From the IMG/VR virus record IMGVR_UViG_3300030060_003743, positions 1 through 61,212 of that record: DNA of 61,212 nt; one strand, written 5' to 3'. Within the stretch, counting starts at the first letter, position 1. Each line of letters begins with the position of its first letter. The stretch is from a virus. Taxonomy: Duplodnaviria; Caudoviricetes. Both the position numbers and the translations under genes were made by a program. Below, in pieces: positions 39,909 through 49,695 of the stretch. The notes under the pieces were generated by a model. That model ran no database searches. It was not told the DNA's origin and was given only the letters and a program-made list of their open reading frames with translations.

Positions 39909-40088
39909 TTACTCTACTCCTTTTTGCAGGTCTTTTAAATCCTGTAGCAACAGCTCCATGCCGTTGAGCTTTCCTTTAGCATACGCCAAAGATTCTTGAT
40001 TGTCTACACTGTATACAATGTGTTCTTTTAAATCAGCTATTCTTTTTTCTAAAACCATTTTAACGGTTAACAAAGTATCTATATCCAC
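39909..40088 (-). CDS. 59-aa helical protein (GTG start, not in ORF track)
   Basis: MDIDTLLTVKMVLEKRIADLKEHIV...YAKGKLNGM; fills the gap between two operon genes. Confidence 0.6.
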   Translation of the reverse strand: MDIDTLLTVKMVLEKRIADLKEHIVYSVDNQESLAYAKGKLNGMELLLQDLKDLQKGVE

Positions 40089-40769
40089 TTACTTTTTTTT
40101 CTCCGGTGCATATAAATTATTAAAAGTGTATTCCCAATCCATGTAACTGTCATGTGCCTCCGCTTTATGTGTCCATTGAGACGGAATAAAGTCAGGTGGA
40201 CCATTGCCTGTAACCCACATAGCAGGAGAGGTAACTCTTACTCTATTGTTTGGTAAAGCCACAAAACAACCTTTCCATGGCCCTTCGGTCAACGCTAAAA
40301 CATGTGATTGTTTATGTTGTGCTGGATCATCAGCTATTTCACTGTTGGTATAGTCTACCGTAAAATAGTATTTTGCTGTATAAAACTCACCTTCAATACG
40401 AGCTAACCAAGGACTAGAACTGGTTCGATCAAAGACAACGATGGAATGATCTCTGGAGGAAACATCCCAAGGTTGCGCAATATGAGTTGGCATAGGTGGT
40501 GGCATCTCATCTAGTGGTTCATCTTCAACTAAGGCGGTGATTGGCATACGAGCCCACATGGCACCACCATGCGGATTTTCTAAACGATTCTCTTCATCTT
40601 CACAACCAGTAAAAATGACTTGAAAACTCAAACAACGATCTGGAATGGTATTAACTGCTATAACATAACAGTGTAGGAATTCACCGTGATAAGCACGATG
40701 GTTATGTGTAAATTCTTTTCTGACCCATGCCTTTAAAACTAAAGGTATGTTTGATATCAAATGTGACAA
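40089..40769 (-). CDS. Conserved hypothetical phage protein
   Basis: HGGAMWARMPI.AL, QPWD, Y.FTVDY, QHKQSHV, ALPNNRVR motifs. Confidence 0.7.
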   Translation of the reverse strand: MSHLISNIPLVLKAWVRKEFTHNHRAYHGEFLHCYVIAVNTIPDRCLSFQVIFTGCEDEENRLENPHGGAMWARMPITALVEDEPLDEMPPPMPTHIAQPWDVSSRDHSIVVFDRTSSSPWLARIEGEFYTAKYYFTVDYTNSEIADDPAQHKQSHVLALTEGPWKGCFVALPNNRVRVTSPAMWVTGNGPPDFIPSQWTHKAEAHDSYMDWEYTFNNLYAPEKKK

Positions 40770-40771
40770 AT

Positions 40772-41044
40772 TTAACCCTTTGTTATTTTATATCCCATTC
40801 TTCTAGCAGCTGCTCTTAAACCGGCAACTGACATTTTAGCGCCACCTTTAGCGTAGCCTTTAGCCATCTTACCGCCCATAGCTTTCATCATTTTAGCTCC
40901 ACCTTTAGCATAACCTTTGGCCATCTTACCACCTCTAGCTTTTAATGTTCCAGCTGGTGTTGGTTTCATTGGTCTAACTTTTCTAGCTGGACTTGCTGGT
41001 TTTATTCCTTTTAATCCTTTTTTCACTTTTGGTCCTACTGCCAT
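40772..41044 (-). CDS. Small basic protein with GGKMAKGYAKGGAKM repeats
   Basis: Two 15-aa repeats; SD GGAGG. Confidence 0.65.
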   Translation of the reverse strand: MAVGPKVKKGLKGIKPASPARKVRPMKPTPAGTLKARGGKMAKGYAKGGAKMMKAMGGKMAKGYAKGGAKMSVAGLRAAARRMGYKITKG

Positions 41045-41053
41045 GTCTTCCTC

Positions 41054-41434
41054 CTACTTAGTAAATTTACCGATTGATTTTAACCCAAATGATGCTCCAA
41101 TACTAGCCATAATTGACCACTGTAACCATTCAGGAAATGTAGCTAAAAACTCTATACCTCTTGCAACAAATGGTTGAAAGTAAGGTATAAAGCTAAAAAT
41201 TATGATTGCAATAAAACAAATTGTCCAGGCTTCATCTTTCCAAGAATCATCACTTGCCTTTGCCATAGCAGTTTCCCACTCAATTTTACCTTCTGCTACT
41301 TTCTTTTGCACTGCAACTTTTGCGTCAATCTCTGCTATTTTTAAATCAGATTTAGCTTTTGCTTTTTTAGCAGAATGTTCAAAGTAACCACCAACAGCTT
41401 TTGATAATCCATTGACTATTAAACCTATCATCAT
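41054..41434 (-). CDS. Holin-like membrane protein
   Basis: SWKDE.W motif and two TM helices ending ASFG.K. Confidence 0.6.
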   Translation of the reverse strand: MMIGLIVNGLSKAVGGYFEHSAKKAKAKSDLKIAEIDAKVAVQKKVAEGKIEWETAMAKASDDSWKDEAWTICFIAIIIFSFIPYFQPFVARGIEFLATFPEWLQWSIMASIGASFGLKSIGKFTK

Positions 41435-41589
41435 TTAACTCCTATAAATTTTTGACCTTTAACTTGAATACCACTGACACCTTTGTAAGGGCTCCTTGCA
41501 CCTACATCACGAAATGGACAACCACCTTTTTTCAAACCTTGTGGGTTGGGTCCTCGTTTAGGTGGCACTGTTTTACTTAGTTTTTTCAT
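41431..41589 (-). CDS. 52-aa basic protein (not in ORF track)
   Basis: MKKLSKTVPPKRGPNPQGLKKGGCPFR...KGQKFIGVK; overlaps the portal end and the next ATG. Confidence 0.6.
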   Translation of the reverse strand: MKKLSKTVPPKRGPNPQGLKKGGCPFRDVGARSPYKGVSGIQVKGQKFIGVK

Positions 41590-43918
41590 CTTTACCAGTG
41601 TCCTGTTTTAACTTATCACGCATAATGTCTAACTTATCATCTGCAACTCGTATTCTTTCTTTACTTGCAGTTTCAGCGTCTTCACGTTGCATTCTTTCTA
41701 AATCAATGTTTTGCTCAAACTCTTCACGTTTTCTTTGCTCTTCTGTAGCAAACTCTTGACTTCTACGTTGAATATCCATGGCACGCATATCTAACTCTTG
41801 TTGTTTCAATTGCACCAATGGGTCTGGCTTCTGATTACCCATCTCTAAGTTAACCAGTTCTTCGGTTAACTGAGTTATGGTTTCTGCCACCATAGAATCA
41901 AATAAATGTTTAAATCCTTCTGGATCTCTTTGTGCTACCTCCATCATTTCGGGTTTACTTTCCACAATTTGTTTTACTTGTGCGGTAGCTTTAAACGATA
42001 TGTGTTCCGATACGTGCCCTTGTAATGCAGCATATACTGCAGGATTTGCTTGTACCATTCTTGATTGCATAAACTTAGTATGTGCTAAAATATGTGCATC
42101 ATGGTTTTGAAATGGAAAAGCCGTTAACATTTCTCCACGAAGTGCCGCTGCATTTTCAAGACCAGGGTCTCTTGGTACAGGTTGTGGGGCTGGTTTTAAT
42201 AAAGACTCTATGTCTTTAGTGCCTAACGCTGCGTACACTCTACGATACGCCTCATGCACGTTATGTAATTGCGGGTTAGAAGTAGCTATTTGTAATTGAG
42301 TTTGAGCTAAAGTCACTCGTTGTGTCATAGAAAAGATGTTAGGGTCTGCGACCGGTAATACATCTACTTCAGGACTAAAATCCATTTGTTTAATCATACG
42401 CTCTGCGTTATATACCGCATACGGATAAATAGGGGGTAAATAGGTAGAAAATACATCACTTAATAACCTAAACTCTTGACGCATTGCGTAATAACATCTT
42501 TTATGTATCGCACTCATGACCCGTGAACCGCGTTCCAAGAGAGCCACTGTTGTACCAACAGCCCTATTTTTGCCATCTTCGCCCACTTGCATGTCAGCGA
42601 TGGCCGCGAATCTTTGACCAGCTTGTACGACAAAACCTAATAATTGAAACAACGTTTGACTTGGTTCTTTAAATGGTAGTATTTGAAATTGATCCTTTAT
42701 ATTTCCACCGGGTGCATCTACGTCTCTAAATTCACCTGGTTGAAATGGTTGATCCTCGTCACGTATGCGTAAGCCTCTTGCTTTGAAGCCAGCTGGTAGG
42801 TTAGACAAGGTCCCCGCATCAAGAAGCTGTCTAAGAGAAGCAGTGGCAGTTTTACTTAATCCACCAATCATGTGTATTAAACCAAACCCATAGAAACCTA
42901 AGCCCGGTAAAAACTTGTAGTGTACAAAAAACTCTTTGCGTTTGAACAATTCATCGTTTGGCTCGTAGTTTCTGTAGATAGATAAAATCTCTCTTGAGCC
43001 TTCATCTAAAGTTACAATATAAGGTATTTTAATATTTTTTTTATCGTCCTCAGACTCTTCTAAATACAAATCAACGTGCATTTCTAAAACATTAAACTGA
43101 TAATCTTTATCTAAATCTCCGCTAGAACTAACACCACCTAACTCATCGTATTTGTCTTGCACTGTGCTGTCATCGGTTCGGCTAGGTAAAATATCAACGT
43201 CACGATAAAAACCTACTTGTTGTTTTTTAAGAATATCATTTTCACTCATGCGCACTAAATGTGTAATTCGTTCGCAATCGTTTAAATCAGTCGCATAGTA
43301 TGGCACCACTAAATCTTCTGCAGGCACGAATTTAGATACGGCACGTTGCATAACGTCATCATAGTACACTTTTTTAAAAGCTGATCCTGCTAACGGTAAA
43401 TAAAACAACAACTGGTCAAACTCAGGTGTATACTCTTCCATCTTTTCGGTAATCATGTAATTCATGAATTCTTGCACACGGTCTGCTTGTGCTTCTTTCT
43501 CTGGAGTGACTGAACCCACTATTTTGGTGTTGACTGGACCATCGGAAGGTAATAATTCTTTGTAAGCTTGAGCTTGAAACTGTGTCACTGCCTCAGCTAA
43601 CATTGGGTGAGTAACTGAACTGGCACCTAGAAACGGGCCACTTTCATTGTTGTACTTAAAACCTAATAAATCTAATCCTGAAGTATAAGATTTTTCCCAA
43701 TCGCTTCTGGATTCTTTGTCTCTTTTGTAATCAGCCAATAGATCGTTAGCCATACTGGCTAATTCACGTTCATCCATATTTTCTGCAAGATTGACATAAA
43801 AGTCTTGTTCTTCTTCCTGAATCTCTTCCTCAACAGTTTCATCTGTTATTTCTACATCAACAGGTTCGACAGCATCTATTTCTTCTTGCGTTACTTCAAT
43901 GTTATCTTCAACAGCCAT
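41573..43918 (-). CDS. Portal protein
   Basis: 781 aa; F.A.AY.ELLP..GPV, LPLAGSAFKKVY, LDAGTL.NLPAGFK, AVGTT.AL.E motifs; lies between TerL and the head genes. Confidence 0.85.
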   Translation of the reverse strand: MAVEDNIEVTQEEIDAVEPVDVEITDETVEEEIQEEEQDFYVNLAENMDERELASMANDLLADYKRDKESRSDWEKSYTSGLDLLGFKYNNESGPFLGASSVTHPMLAEAVTQFQAQAYKELLPSDGPVNTKIVGSVTPEKEAQADRVQEFMNYMITEKMEEYTPEFDQLLFYLPLAGSAFKKVYYDDVMQRAVSKFVPAEDLVVPYYATDLNDCERITHLVRMSENDILKKQQVGFYRDVDILPSRTDDSTVQDKYDELGGVSSSGDLDKDYQFNVLEMHVDLYLEESEDDKKNIKIPYIVTLDEGSREILSIYRNYEPNDELFKRKEFFVHYKFLPGLGFYGFGLIHMIGGLSKTATASLRQLLDAGTLSNLPAGFKARGLRIRDEDQPFQPGEFRDVDAPGGNIKDQFQILPFKEPSQTLFQLLGFVVQAGQRFAAIADMQVGEDGKNRAVGTTVALLERGSRVMSAIHKRCYYAMRQEFRLLSDVFSTYLPPIYPYAVYNAERMIKQMDFSPEVDVLPVADPNIFSMTQRVTLAQTQLQIATSNPQLHNVHEAYRRVYAALGTKDIESLLKPAPQPVPRDPGLENAAALRGEMLTAFPFQNHDAHILAHTKFMQSRMVQANPAVYAALQGHVSEHISFKATAQVKQIVESKPEMMEVAQRDPEGFKHLFDSMVAETITQLTEELVNLEMGNQKPDPLVQLKQQELDMRAMDIQRRSQEFATEEQRKREEFEQNIDLERMQREDAETASKERIRVADDKLDIMRDKLKQDTGKDEKTK

Positions 43919-43920
43919 AA

Positions 43921-44241
43921 TTAAGTTATCCTTGTTTTTCTATTTTTGCCTATTTTACACTTAACTTGCACGTATTTCCCTTTTTTTAATTTAGGTATAG
44001 ACGCGTCAATTTTTTTTACAGAAGTTTGAAATATATCAAATGCAGGATTTTTAGCACTAAAAGCAGTTTTAAAAGCTTTGTTTTTTGCTTCTATTTTGCT
44101 AATTAAATTAGGATTTTTTCTTTGATATGATTCAATGCCTTTTTTTATGGTTAAAGGGTCTACCTTTTTAGCATACCTCTCCATAGCTTTTTTTACGAGC
44201 TTTTCAGTTGTTTTAGATATGTTTTGTGCTTTTGTTGCCAT
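43921..44241 (-). CDS. Basic protein with KKG..V.VKCKIG.N..T C-terminal motif
   Basis: Ends LKKGKYVQVKCKIGKNRKTRIT. Confidence 0.6.
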   Translation of the reverse strand: MATKAQNISKTTEKLVKKAMERYAKKVDPLTIKKGIESYQRKNPNLISKIEAKNKAFKTAFSAKNPAFDIFQTSVKKIDASIPKLKKGKYVQVKCKIGKNRKTRIT

Positions 44242-44253
44242 ATTATCTAAAGT

Positions 44254-46776
44254 TTACCACTTAAATATATCTACCACTAGCCCACCCTCAGCTTTATACT
44301 GTTTAATGGGTAGCTCTTTCATGTTTTTAGGAACCTTAATAGCCACGCTTTTATAATACAAGTTAGCATCTACCTCAAACATGTCTATGAACCTATCTTT
44401 ACTCATACCTAAAGAATCTGCATAAATAAGTCTTTCTTCAGGTGTAGCAAAAGCCGCTTCATGTTGAAGATAATTCCTATAATCTAACCCTAAATCTTTA
44501 TACAATTCTTTATTTTTTTCAGGTCTTAATATTTTATAAGGTTTTTTTGGATCTGATTTAGCGACATCAATTTGCAAAACTTCTGTGTTATACCTTTTAG
44601 CCAAATCTTGCAACTCTTTAACCACGATTGCTGTTTGTTTTGACATTGCTTTGCCGTCATAAGGCACTTCTCGCCTTACTCCCTCTGTTCCATCGTACAC
44701 TTTTGTCTGACCAGGAAATCCTGCTTTCCCGTTTGCAGTGCCGTAAAATTTAAAGTTTCCTGCGGTAGAGCCTCCTGTAGTATAACCTCTTAGATGATGC
44801 ACGTATTCAGTCGGGTTTATAGAAACATAGTCTGCATCCAACTCTGCAGCATTTTTTAACATTTTTTTTAAGGCATCGTTAGCCCAATCATCCCCTTCTT
44901 TTAATGGCATAAAATTAGCCACATCGTTTTGTAAATAAAGATTTTCTATAGCATCTCTAGGACTAGGGTCAACATTATCAAGTTCATATCTAGTAATAAA
45001 ATCTTGTCTCTCTTTTACAGCTTCTTCAAGTTCTTTACCCTTTAACCCAACTTTAAACGGTTGTCTTTTAAGCCTATCAATGACGCTGGTTTTAATTTTA
45101 TTGTTAAATACTTTTTTTGTGTTTTCTAATTCTCTGTATCTTTTTTCATCGTTTGGAGTAATACGAAAAGCTTTTTGATTAATTTCTATCTGTTCATCTA
45201 AAGCAGCACGTATTTGATCTTTATAAAGTCTACCATCAAAGTCCGGATTTACTGGACTAATTCTTGCATATTCTGCAGGTTCACCACCCATAGCTTTTAC
45301 TAATTGCTGTGTGGTTTGTTGCGGGCTTTGTAATTCATCGATGGCTAAAGTCTTTTTACCATCCAAAGTTGTTCTTTTACCAAATCTTGTCCAATAAAGC
45401 ACATCAACAACTCCCGCAGATTCCATTCCTTCCGAGCCAGTTTTTTCAGCTTTACCCGATATAAACTCATAATGGTTTGGCCTAAAATTTTTGTTTTTTT
45501 GAGTCGTTGTGCTCACAATACTATTATCTGGAAAATACGCTACATGTTCGTAATAATTTTCAGGTGACCACATACGATACCCTGTTTGATGTCCAAATTT
45601 TGGAAGTCTTCTATTTTTTTTATTAGAATCTATAAGTCTTGCCATGCCCTCAAACTGTTCATTTAATTGTTGTTCATTTTTAATTACATCTCTTACTCCT
45701 TGTATTACATCATCAGGAATAAAAGCTCTATTCTCAGGGGTTAATTTACCAATAAACCCTGTGATACCTTTTAAAGTGTCCATATAATTTCCTTGAACAG
45801 CAGTATCAGATATATCTAGTTCAGTGTGATGGTCGCTTAATTTTTTTCTTAACGTTAAAAATCTTTGAGACACTCTTAAATTTCTCTGCGCTAAACTATT
45901 GACATTTGCCAATTCTGGATCTAACGCTTTATATATCAGTCTACCTAATTCTCCTGCAGCAACGTCTGATGAATTACCTAAGTCAGCATCTCTAAATGCT
46001 TTAGCTAAATTTGTAAGTGCTGGCTCATAAGTGGCAACTGCTTTTTTGTTTAGCGAGTCGATGTTACGCAACGAATCAAAAAATATATCATGCGATTCCA
46101 TTCGATGCACCATCATTTTATTGACAGGAGAGTTGTTGATCATTTCAAGTAAAGTGCTTTTTGAAATAGTAGCGTTTTGATCTGCAGCAAACTTTAAAAA
46201 ACCATCTGTTAAATTACCTTGGCTATCATATCGAGCAATGTTTAAATCATCTAACTCTTCCTTTCTAATGTTTTGTCTAAATTTAGATTTGCCGCCTGCT
46301 TGTTTTATATATTTTGAGGTTATTTCACCACTTAATACTTTGTTGTTACTAAATAAATTAGCCCACTCTTTTGCAGGTAGGTTTTTTTTACTAGGGTGTA
46401 ACGCAACAAAGTCAAACAAGGCAGACCCACCGTTAGGTGTAATTTTACCAGTACCATTAGTTAAGGGGTTGTCTAGAACCATTTCTTTTATTTTTGCTAA
46501 CTCAATGCGTTCCGCCTCCAATATTTTAGGAGTTAAAAACTCTTGTTGGTTTTTTATTTTAACTAAATCATTTTTTAAAATTTCACGTTCTGAAAGTACG
46601 GGTTGTTTGGGTTTTTCTTTTACAACTTTACTTGCCGCTTTTATAACAGGACCCACCCCACGAACCTTAGAAAAAAGAGCAAGCGCCCCAATACCAAGAC
46701 CAGTTCCACCAAGAATTTTTAACTTATCTTGTGTATCCTGACTTAAGCCAGGTGATTTAGTTTCTATTTCGGCCAT
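44254..46776 (-). CDS. Large putative internal virion protein
   Basis: 840 aa; LAIDELQS and KNAAE...DYVSI motifs; C-terminal YKAEGGLV. Confidence 0.55.
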   Translation of the reverse strand: MAEIETKSPGLSQDTQDKLKILGGTGLGIGALALFSKVRGVGPVIKAASKVVKEKPKQPVLSEREILKNDLVKIKNQQEFLTPKILEAERIELAKIKEMVLDNPLTNGTGKITPNGGSALFDFVALHPSKKNLPAKEWANLFSNNKVLSGEITSKYIKQAGGKSKFRQNIRKEELDDLNIARYDSQGNLTDGFLKFAADQNATISKSTLLEMINNSPVNKMMVHRMESHDIFFDSLRNIDSLNKKAVATYEPALTNLAKAFRDADLGNSSDVAAGELGRLIYKALDPELANVNSLAQRNLRVSQRFLTLRKKLSDHHTELDISDTAVQGNYMDTLKGITGFIGKLTPENRAFIPDDVIQGVRDVIKNEQQLNEQFEGMARLIDSNKKNRRLPKFGHQTGYRMWSPENYYEHVAYFPDNSIVSTTTQKNKNFRPNHYEFISGKAEKTGSEGMESAGVVDVLYWTRFGKRTTLDGKKTLAIDELQSPQQTTQQLVKAMGGEPAEYARISPVNPDFDGRLYKDQIRAALDEQIEINQKAFRITPNDEKRYRELENTKKVFNNKIKTSVIDRLKRQPFKVGLKGKELEEAVKERQDFITRYELDNVDPSPRDAIENLYLQNDVANFMPLKEGDDWANDALKKMLKNAAELDADYVSINPTEYVHHLRGYTTGGSTAGNFKFYGTANGKAGFPGQTKVYDGTEGVRREVPYDGKAMSKQTAIVVKELQDLAKRYNTEVLQIDVAKSDPKKPYKILRPEKNKELYKDLGLDYRNYLQHEAAFATPEERLIYADSLGMSKDRFIDMFEVDANLYYKSVAIKVPKNMKELPIKQYKAEGGLVVDIFKW

Positions 46777-46778
46777 GG

Positions 46779-48254
46779 TTAATAGTACCTATATTCTTTA
46801 GGGGGACGATCTTCATCGTCTCTATAGTCTGAGTATAACTCAACAAAGTTTCCTTGGCGATACCTTAGTATTGCTTGAGTCGTGGAATCAACATAGTCAT
46901 CGTTAGCGCCATGCGGAAAAGCCGCACATTCATCAATCACATCTTCCGCAAATTTTTCACCATATGGGTACCACACTGCACCACTTTCAAAGACGGGTGC
47001 ACAACTGTTCACTCTCGTATGTTTGTCATTCCCTCTGGTTGGGGTAAATGGCACCACTGGAATACCCATGCGCCTAAACTCTTGGGTCAATGGTTCACCA
47101 GATGCTTTTTGCTCGACGATGATTGTTTCTGGTTCCCAGTATTTGTGAGCGTCCAACGCCACTGCCTTAAGTTCTGGAAAATCGTATTTACCACGAATCG
47201 CATCTAACAAAATAATATTCGGCGCACCACCCTCTTCAGGAAAAAATACACCCCATGTGGTAATCGCAGAATAGTCTGCCGTTTCTTTTTTTGAAAAGGC
47301 TGTATCATAACTTTGAATAACATGTTGTAGCATGGGCAAACCTTCTTTCTCCCAAGGTCGCCACCAATCTCGTTTAAGTATCGCACCCTCTTCTGAGGTT
47401 GGTTCTTGCATATATTGTGCTGACCAGTTTCGAATTGGAATACTTGCTTTAATTTTTTCTAATTCTTCTAGTTCCCAATACTCAGGCCAAACTGGGTTCC
47501 CTGAGTCGAGAATCGCTGGAAAAGAAACTTGTCGCCAAGTGTCCGCTTTGGGTTCGGTTTGAGCCTTCAACAGTCTACCTGTTAAATCGTCCTCGGCCCA
47601 ACGAGTCATGACCACCAAAATCGAACCGCCAGGTTGCAAACGTTGTCGGGGTCCTGAAGTGTACCATTCGTACGCACGCTCCATGGCAGTATCAGACATA
47701 GAATCTTGTTCCGTGTGTGGATCATCAATAATCAGTAAGTCCGCACCACGACCCGTGATGGACGAACCAACACCCGCAGCATAGTATTCACCACCTTGAT
47801 TAGTTTCCCACCTACCTTTGGCTTTAGAGTCCTCACGCAGTTTCACATCGCCAAATATTTGTTTGTATTCTGGTGAATCAATAATGTTACGAACCTTAGC
47901 TCCGAACCTTGCCGCAAGTTCTGTATTGTGCGAGACCTGCATAATTTTTAATTTTGGATACTTACCAATAATCCAAGCAGGGTAGTATACAGAAGCAAAT
48001 TCAGATTTAGTATGTCTAGGGGGCATGTTGATAATGAGCCTCCCTTTTCTTTGATCTGCTATATCTGTAAATTCTTTTGCAATAATCTGATGATGACCCC
48101 ATTCTTCAGGCTTTTTTGATTTTCTACAAATAAAATCAGGCCATACCTCTTGCACAAAAGCTAAAAAATTATCCTGACAAAGTTTAATATGCTGTATCCA
48201 AAGTTTTTCTACTTGGAGCCTTAATTGTTCGGTGGTCATTAGTTCCGTTTGCAT
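46779..48254 (-). CDS. terL: Terminase large subunit
   Basis: INMPPRHTKS (Walker A), GRGADLLIIDDP, VMTRW, SYDTA, NDDYVDS motifs. Confidence 0.95.
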   Translation of the reverse strand: MQTELMTTEQLRLQVEKLWIQHIKLCQDNFLAFVQEVWPDFICRKSKKPEEWGHHQIIAKEFTDIADQRKGRLIINMPPRHTKSEFASVYYPAWIIGKYPKLKIMQVSHNTELAARFGAKVRNIIDSPEYKQIFGDVKLREDSKAKGRWETNQGGEYYAAGVGSSITGRGADLLIIDDPHTEQDSMSDTAMERAYEWYTSGPRQRLQPGGSILVVMTRWAEDDLTGRLLKAQTEPKADTWRQVSFPAILDSGNPVWPEYWELEELEKIKASIPIRNWSAQYMQEPTSEEGAILKRDWWRPWEKEGLPMLQHVIQSYDTAFSKKETADYSAITTWGVFFPEEGGAPNIILLDAIRGKYDFPELKAVALDAHKYWEPETIIVEQKASGEPLTQEFRRMGIPVVPFTPTRGNDKHTRVNSCAPVFESGAVWYPYGEKFAEDVIDECAAFPHGANDDYVDSTTQAILRYRQGNFVELYSDYRDDEDRPPKEYRYY

Positions 48255-48368
48255 TCAAGTATTATAACCATAACTAGACGTTTTACCAGTGTGTGCGTCT
48301 ATTCGACTTGCCAGCTTTACTACGGCGTGTGTGTGTCGGGCGTTTTCGTTATCGGGAAAATCCAAAAA

Positions 48369-48400
48369 ACAAAAAAAAGGCTCATTCGAAAATGAGCCTT
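48369..48400 (-). terminator. Intrinsic terminator upstream of terL (UUCG loop)
   Basis: Minus strand AAGGCTCATT-TTCG-AATGAGCCTT followed by a T-run. Confidence 0.85.
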
Positions 48401-48458
48401 GCAGAAATGGTGGTTATTCGGGGATATTGAATAACCACCCTGCCAAAATCAATTAGCT

Positions 48459-48617
48459 TTATTGATGTTTATCCTCTAATTTTTCCATTAGTTTTTTTTC
48501 TAATCCTTCGTAAAAGTTTTCCCATATATTTCTAGGTACACTTGAAAGACGCATATCCTTTTTAGCCTTTGCAATATATCTTTTTATTTTCTTTTTTTCT
48601 TTTTCGTATTCGTTCAT
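48459..48617 (-). CDS. 52-aa charged protein (not in ORF track)
   Basis: MNEYEKEKKKIKRYIAKAKKDMRL...; SD GAGGGGG; ATGA overlap with the upstream gene. Confidence 0.65.
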   Translation of the reverse strand: MNEYEKEKKKIKRYIAKAKKDMRLSSVPRNIWENFYEGLEKKLMEKLEDKHQ

Positions 48618-48925
48618 TCTTCCCCCTCAACAATTATGTCATTATTGGTATTTTCTTGCGTGATGAGTAACTTATCTTTTATAGGTTTTAATATCATCAT
48701 TATATGTAACATCAAGTCTTGCGATTGATTAGTACCCTGATACTTAATGCAATTTTCAGTTACTATTTTTTCAAGTAATCCAAAAAGTGTTATGTAGTCT
48801 AATTGGTCATTTTCAATTACACCTTGAATTGCTTGTTCAATATCCTGTGTATTTCTTAATTGACTTTCACAAAATTCGACAAGGTCAAACCCATTGTTTG
48901 TATTTCTATCATTATTATTTGGCAT
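48614..48925 (-). CDS. Hypothetical early protein
   Basis: Own promoter and AACATTGGG leader. Confidence 0.65.
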   Translation of the reverse strand: MPNNNDRNTNNGFDLVEFCESQLRNTQDIEQAIQGVIENDQLDYITLFGLLEKIVTENCIKYQGTNQSQDLMLHIMMILKPIKDKLLITQENTNNDIIVEGEE

Positions 48926-48965
48926 TTTATTTTCCCAATGTTGATTAATATTATCTAACCTCTTA

Positions 48966-48993
48966 ATTATGGACTTATTAATATTAATTGCAA
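48966..48993 (-). promoter_or_regulatory. Sigma70-like promoter
   Basis: TTGCAA-N16-CATAAT upstream of the 48925 start. Confidence 0.55.
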
Positions 48994-49129
48994 TAGTTAA
49001 CTGTAATTAAATTTCAACACGAATGGACGTTTTCCCGCACCGAGATTTTGATGACGTTTTCCCGACCCGTACCGGTTTTCTTTAATAGGCGAAAATTTAA
49101 AAAAAACGTCAATGATCTCGGGAAATCTT

Positions 49130-49191
49130 AAAAAAACGAGCTCCTTATTTGCGATATTTCAACTTTCGGTATACTAGACTACCTCGAAAAT
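49130..49191. repeat. 62-bp dispersed repeat (copies at 49694-49755 and partial at 50336-50372)
   Basis: AAAAAAACGAGCT(C/G)CTTATTTGCGATATTTCAACTTTCGGTATACTAGACTACCT(C/T)GAAAAT; 2 mismatches between the full copies. Confidence 0.9.
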
Positions 49192-49283
49192 TTTAAGTTT
49201 TAACACGAATGAACTCCCGACCCGCACCGGTTTTCTTTAATAACCACAAGCCACAAAAAAAACGTAATCGATATCGGGAAAAT

Positions 49284-49637
49284 CTAATATGACGTTCTTT
49301 TTATTCTACCTATAAAGGGTGCGATTTTCTTGTTCACAAAATCTAAAACATCTTGAAAATTTTCTAATTGTTCACACGTTTTAGAATGACTGTAATTGTT
49401 AACCTCCATAATCGTAAATCTAGGACTATCTAAAAAACCTTGAGAAACTGCTTCCCGGTCTTTTAAATTTTTCTCATCTATCCAGATTTGCCACCCCTTG
49501 AAAGCGAACGAGGGACAAGCGTCATTATGCCATGATGAATTAATCCACTGATCCGGCAAATCGATATCAGCAAAAGTTTGTTCCCACCCTTCAAGCATAC
49601 TACAGCTTTTCCATTTATTGTCTTGTACTTCTAGCAT
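49284..49637 (-). CDS. Hypothetical early protein
   Basis: Start re-placed at MLEVQ after SD GGAGG; SW.NDACPSF motif. Confidence 0.7.
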   Translation of the reverse strand: MLEVQDNKWKSCSMLEGWEQTFADIDLPDQWINSSWHNDACPSFAFKGWQIWIDEKNLKDREAVSQGFLDSPRFTIMEVNNYSHSKTCEQLENFQDVLDFVNKKIAPFIGRIKRTSY

Positions 49638-49665
49638 TATTATACCTCCAATGTTGTGATAGCTT

Positions 49666-49695
49666 ATTATATACATATAATGCGATATAAAGCAA
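49666..49695 (-). promoter_or_regulatory. Sigma70-like promoter
   Basis: TTGCTT-N18-TATAAT. Confidence 0.6.

Noticed and set aside
347-47562. Numerous short plus-strand ORFs antisense to long minus-strand genes (e.g. 7537, 17047, 20932, 28276, 46238)
   Set aside because: They are shadow frames of well-supported genes, with no SD or recognisable motifs.
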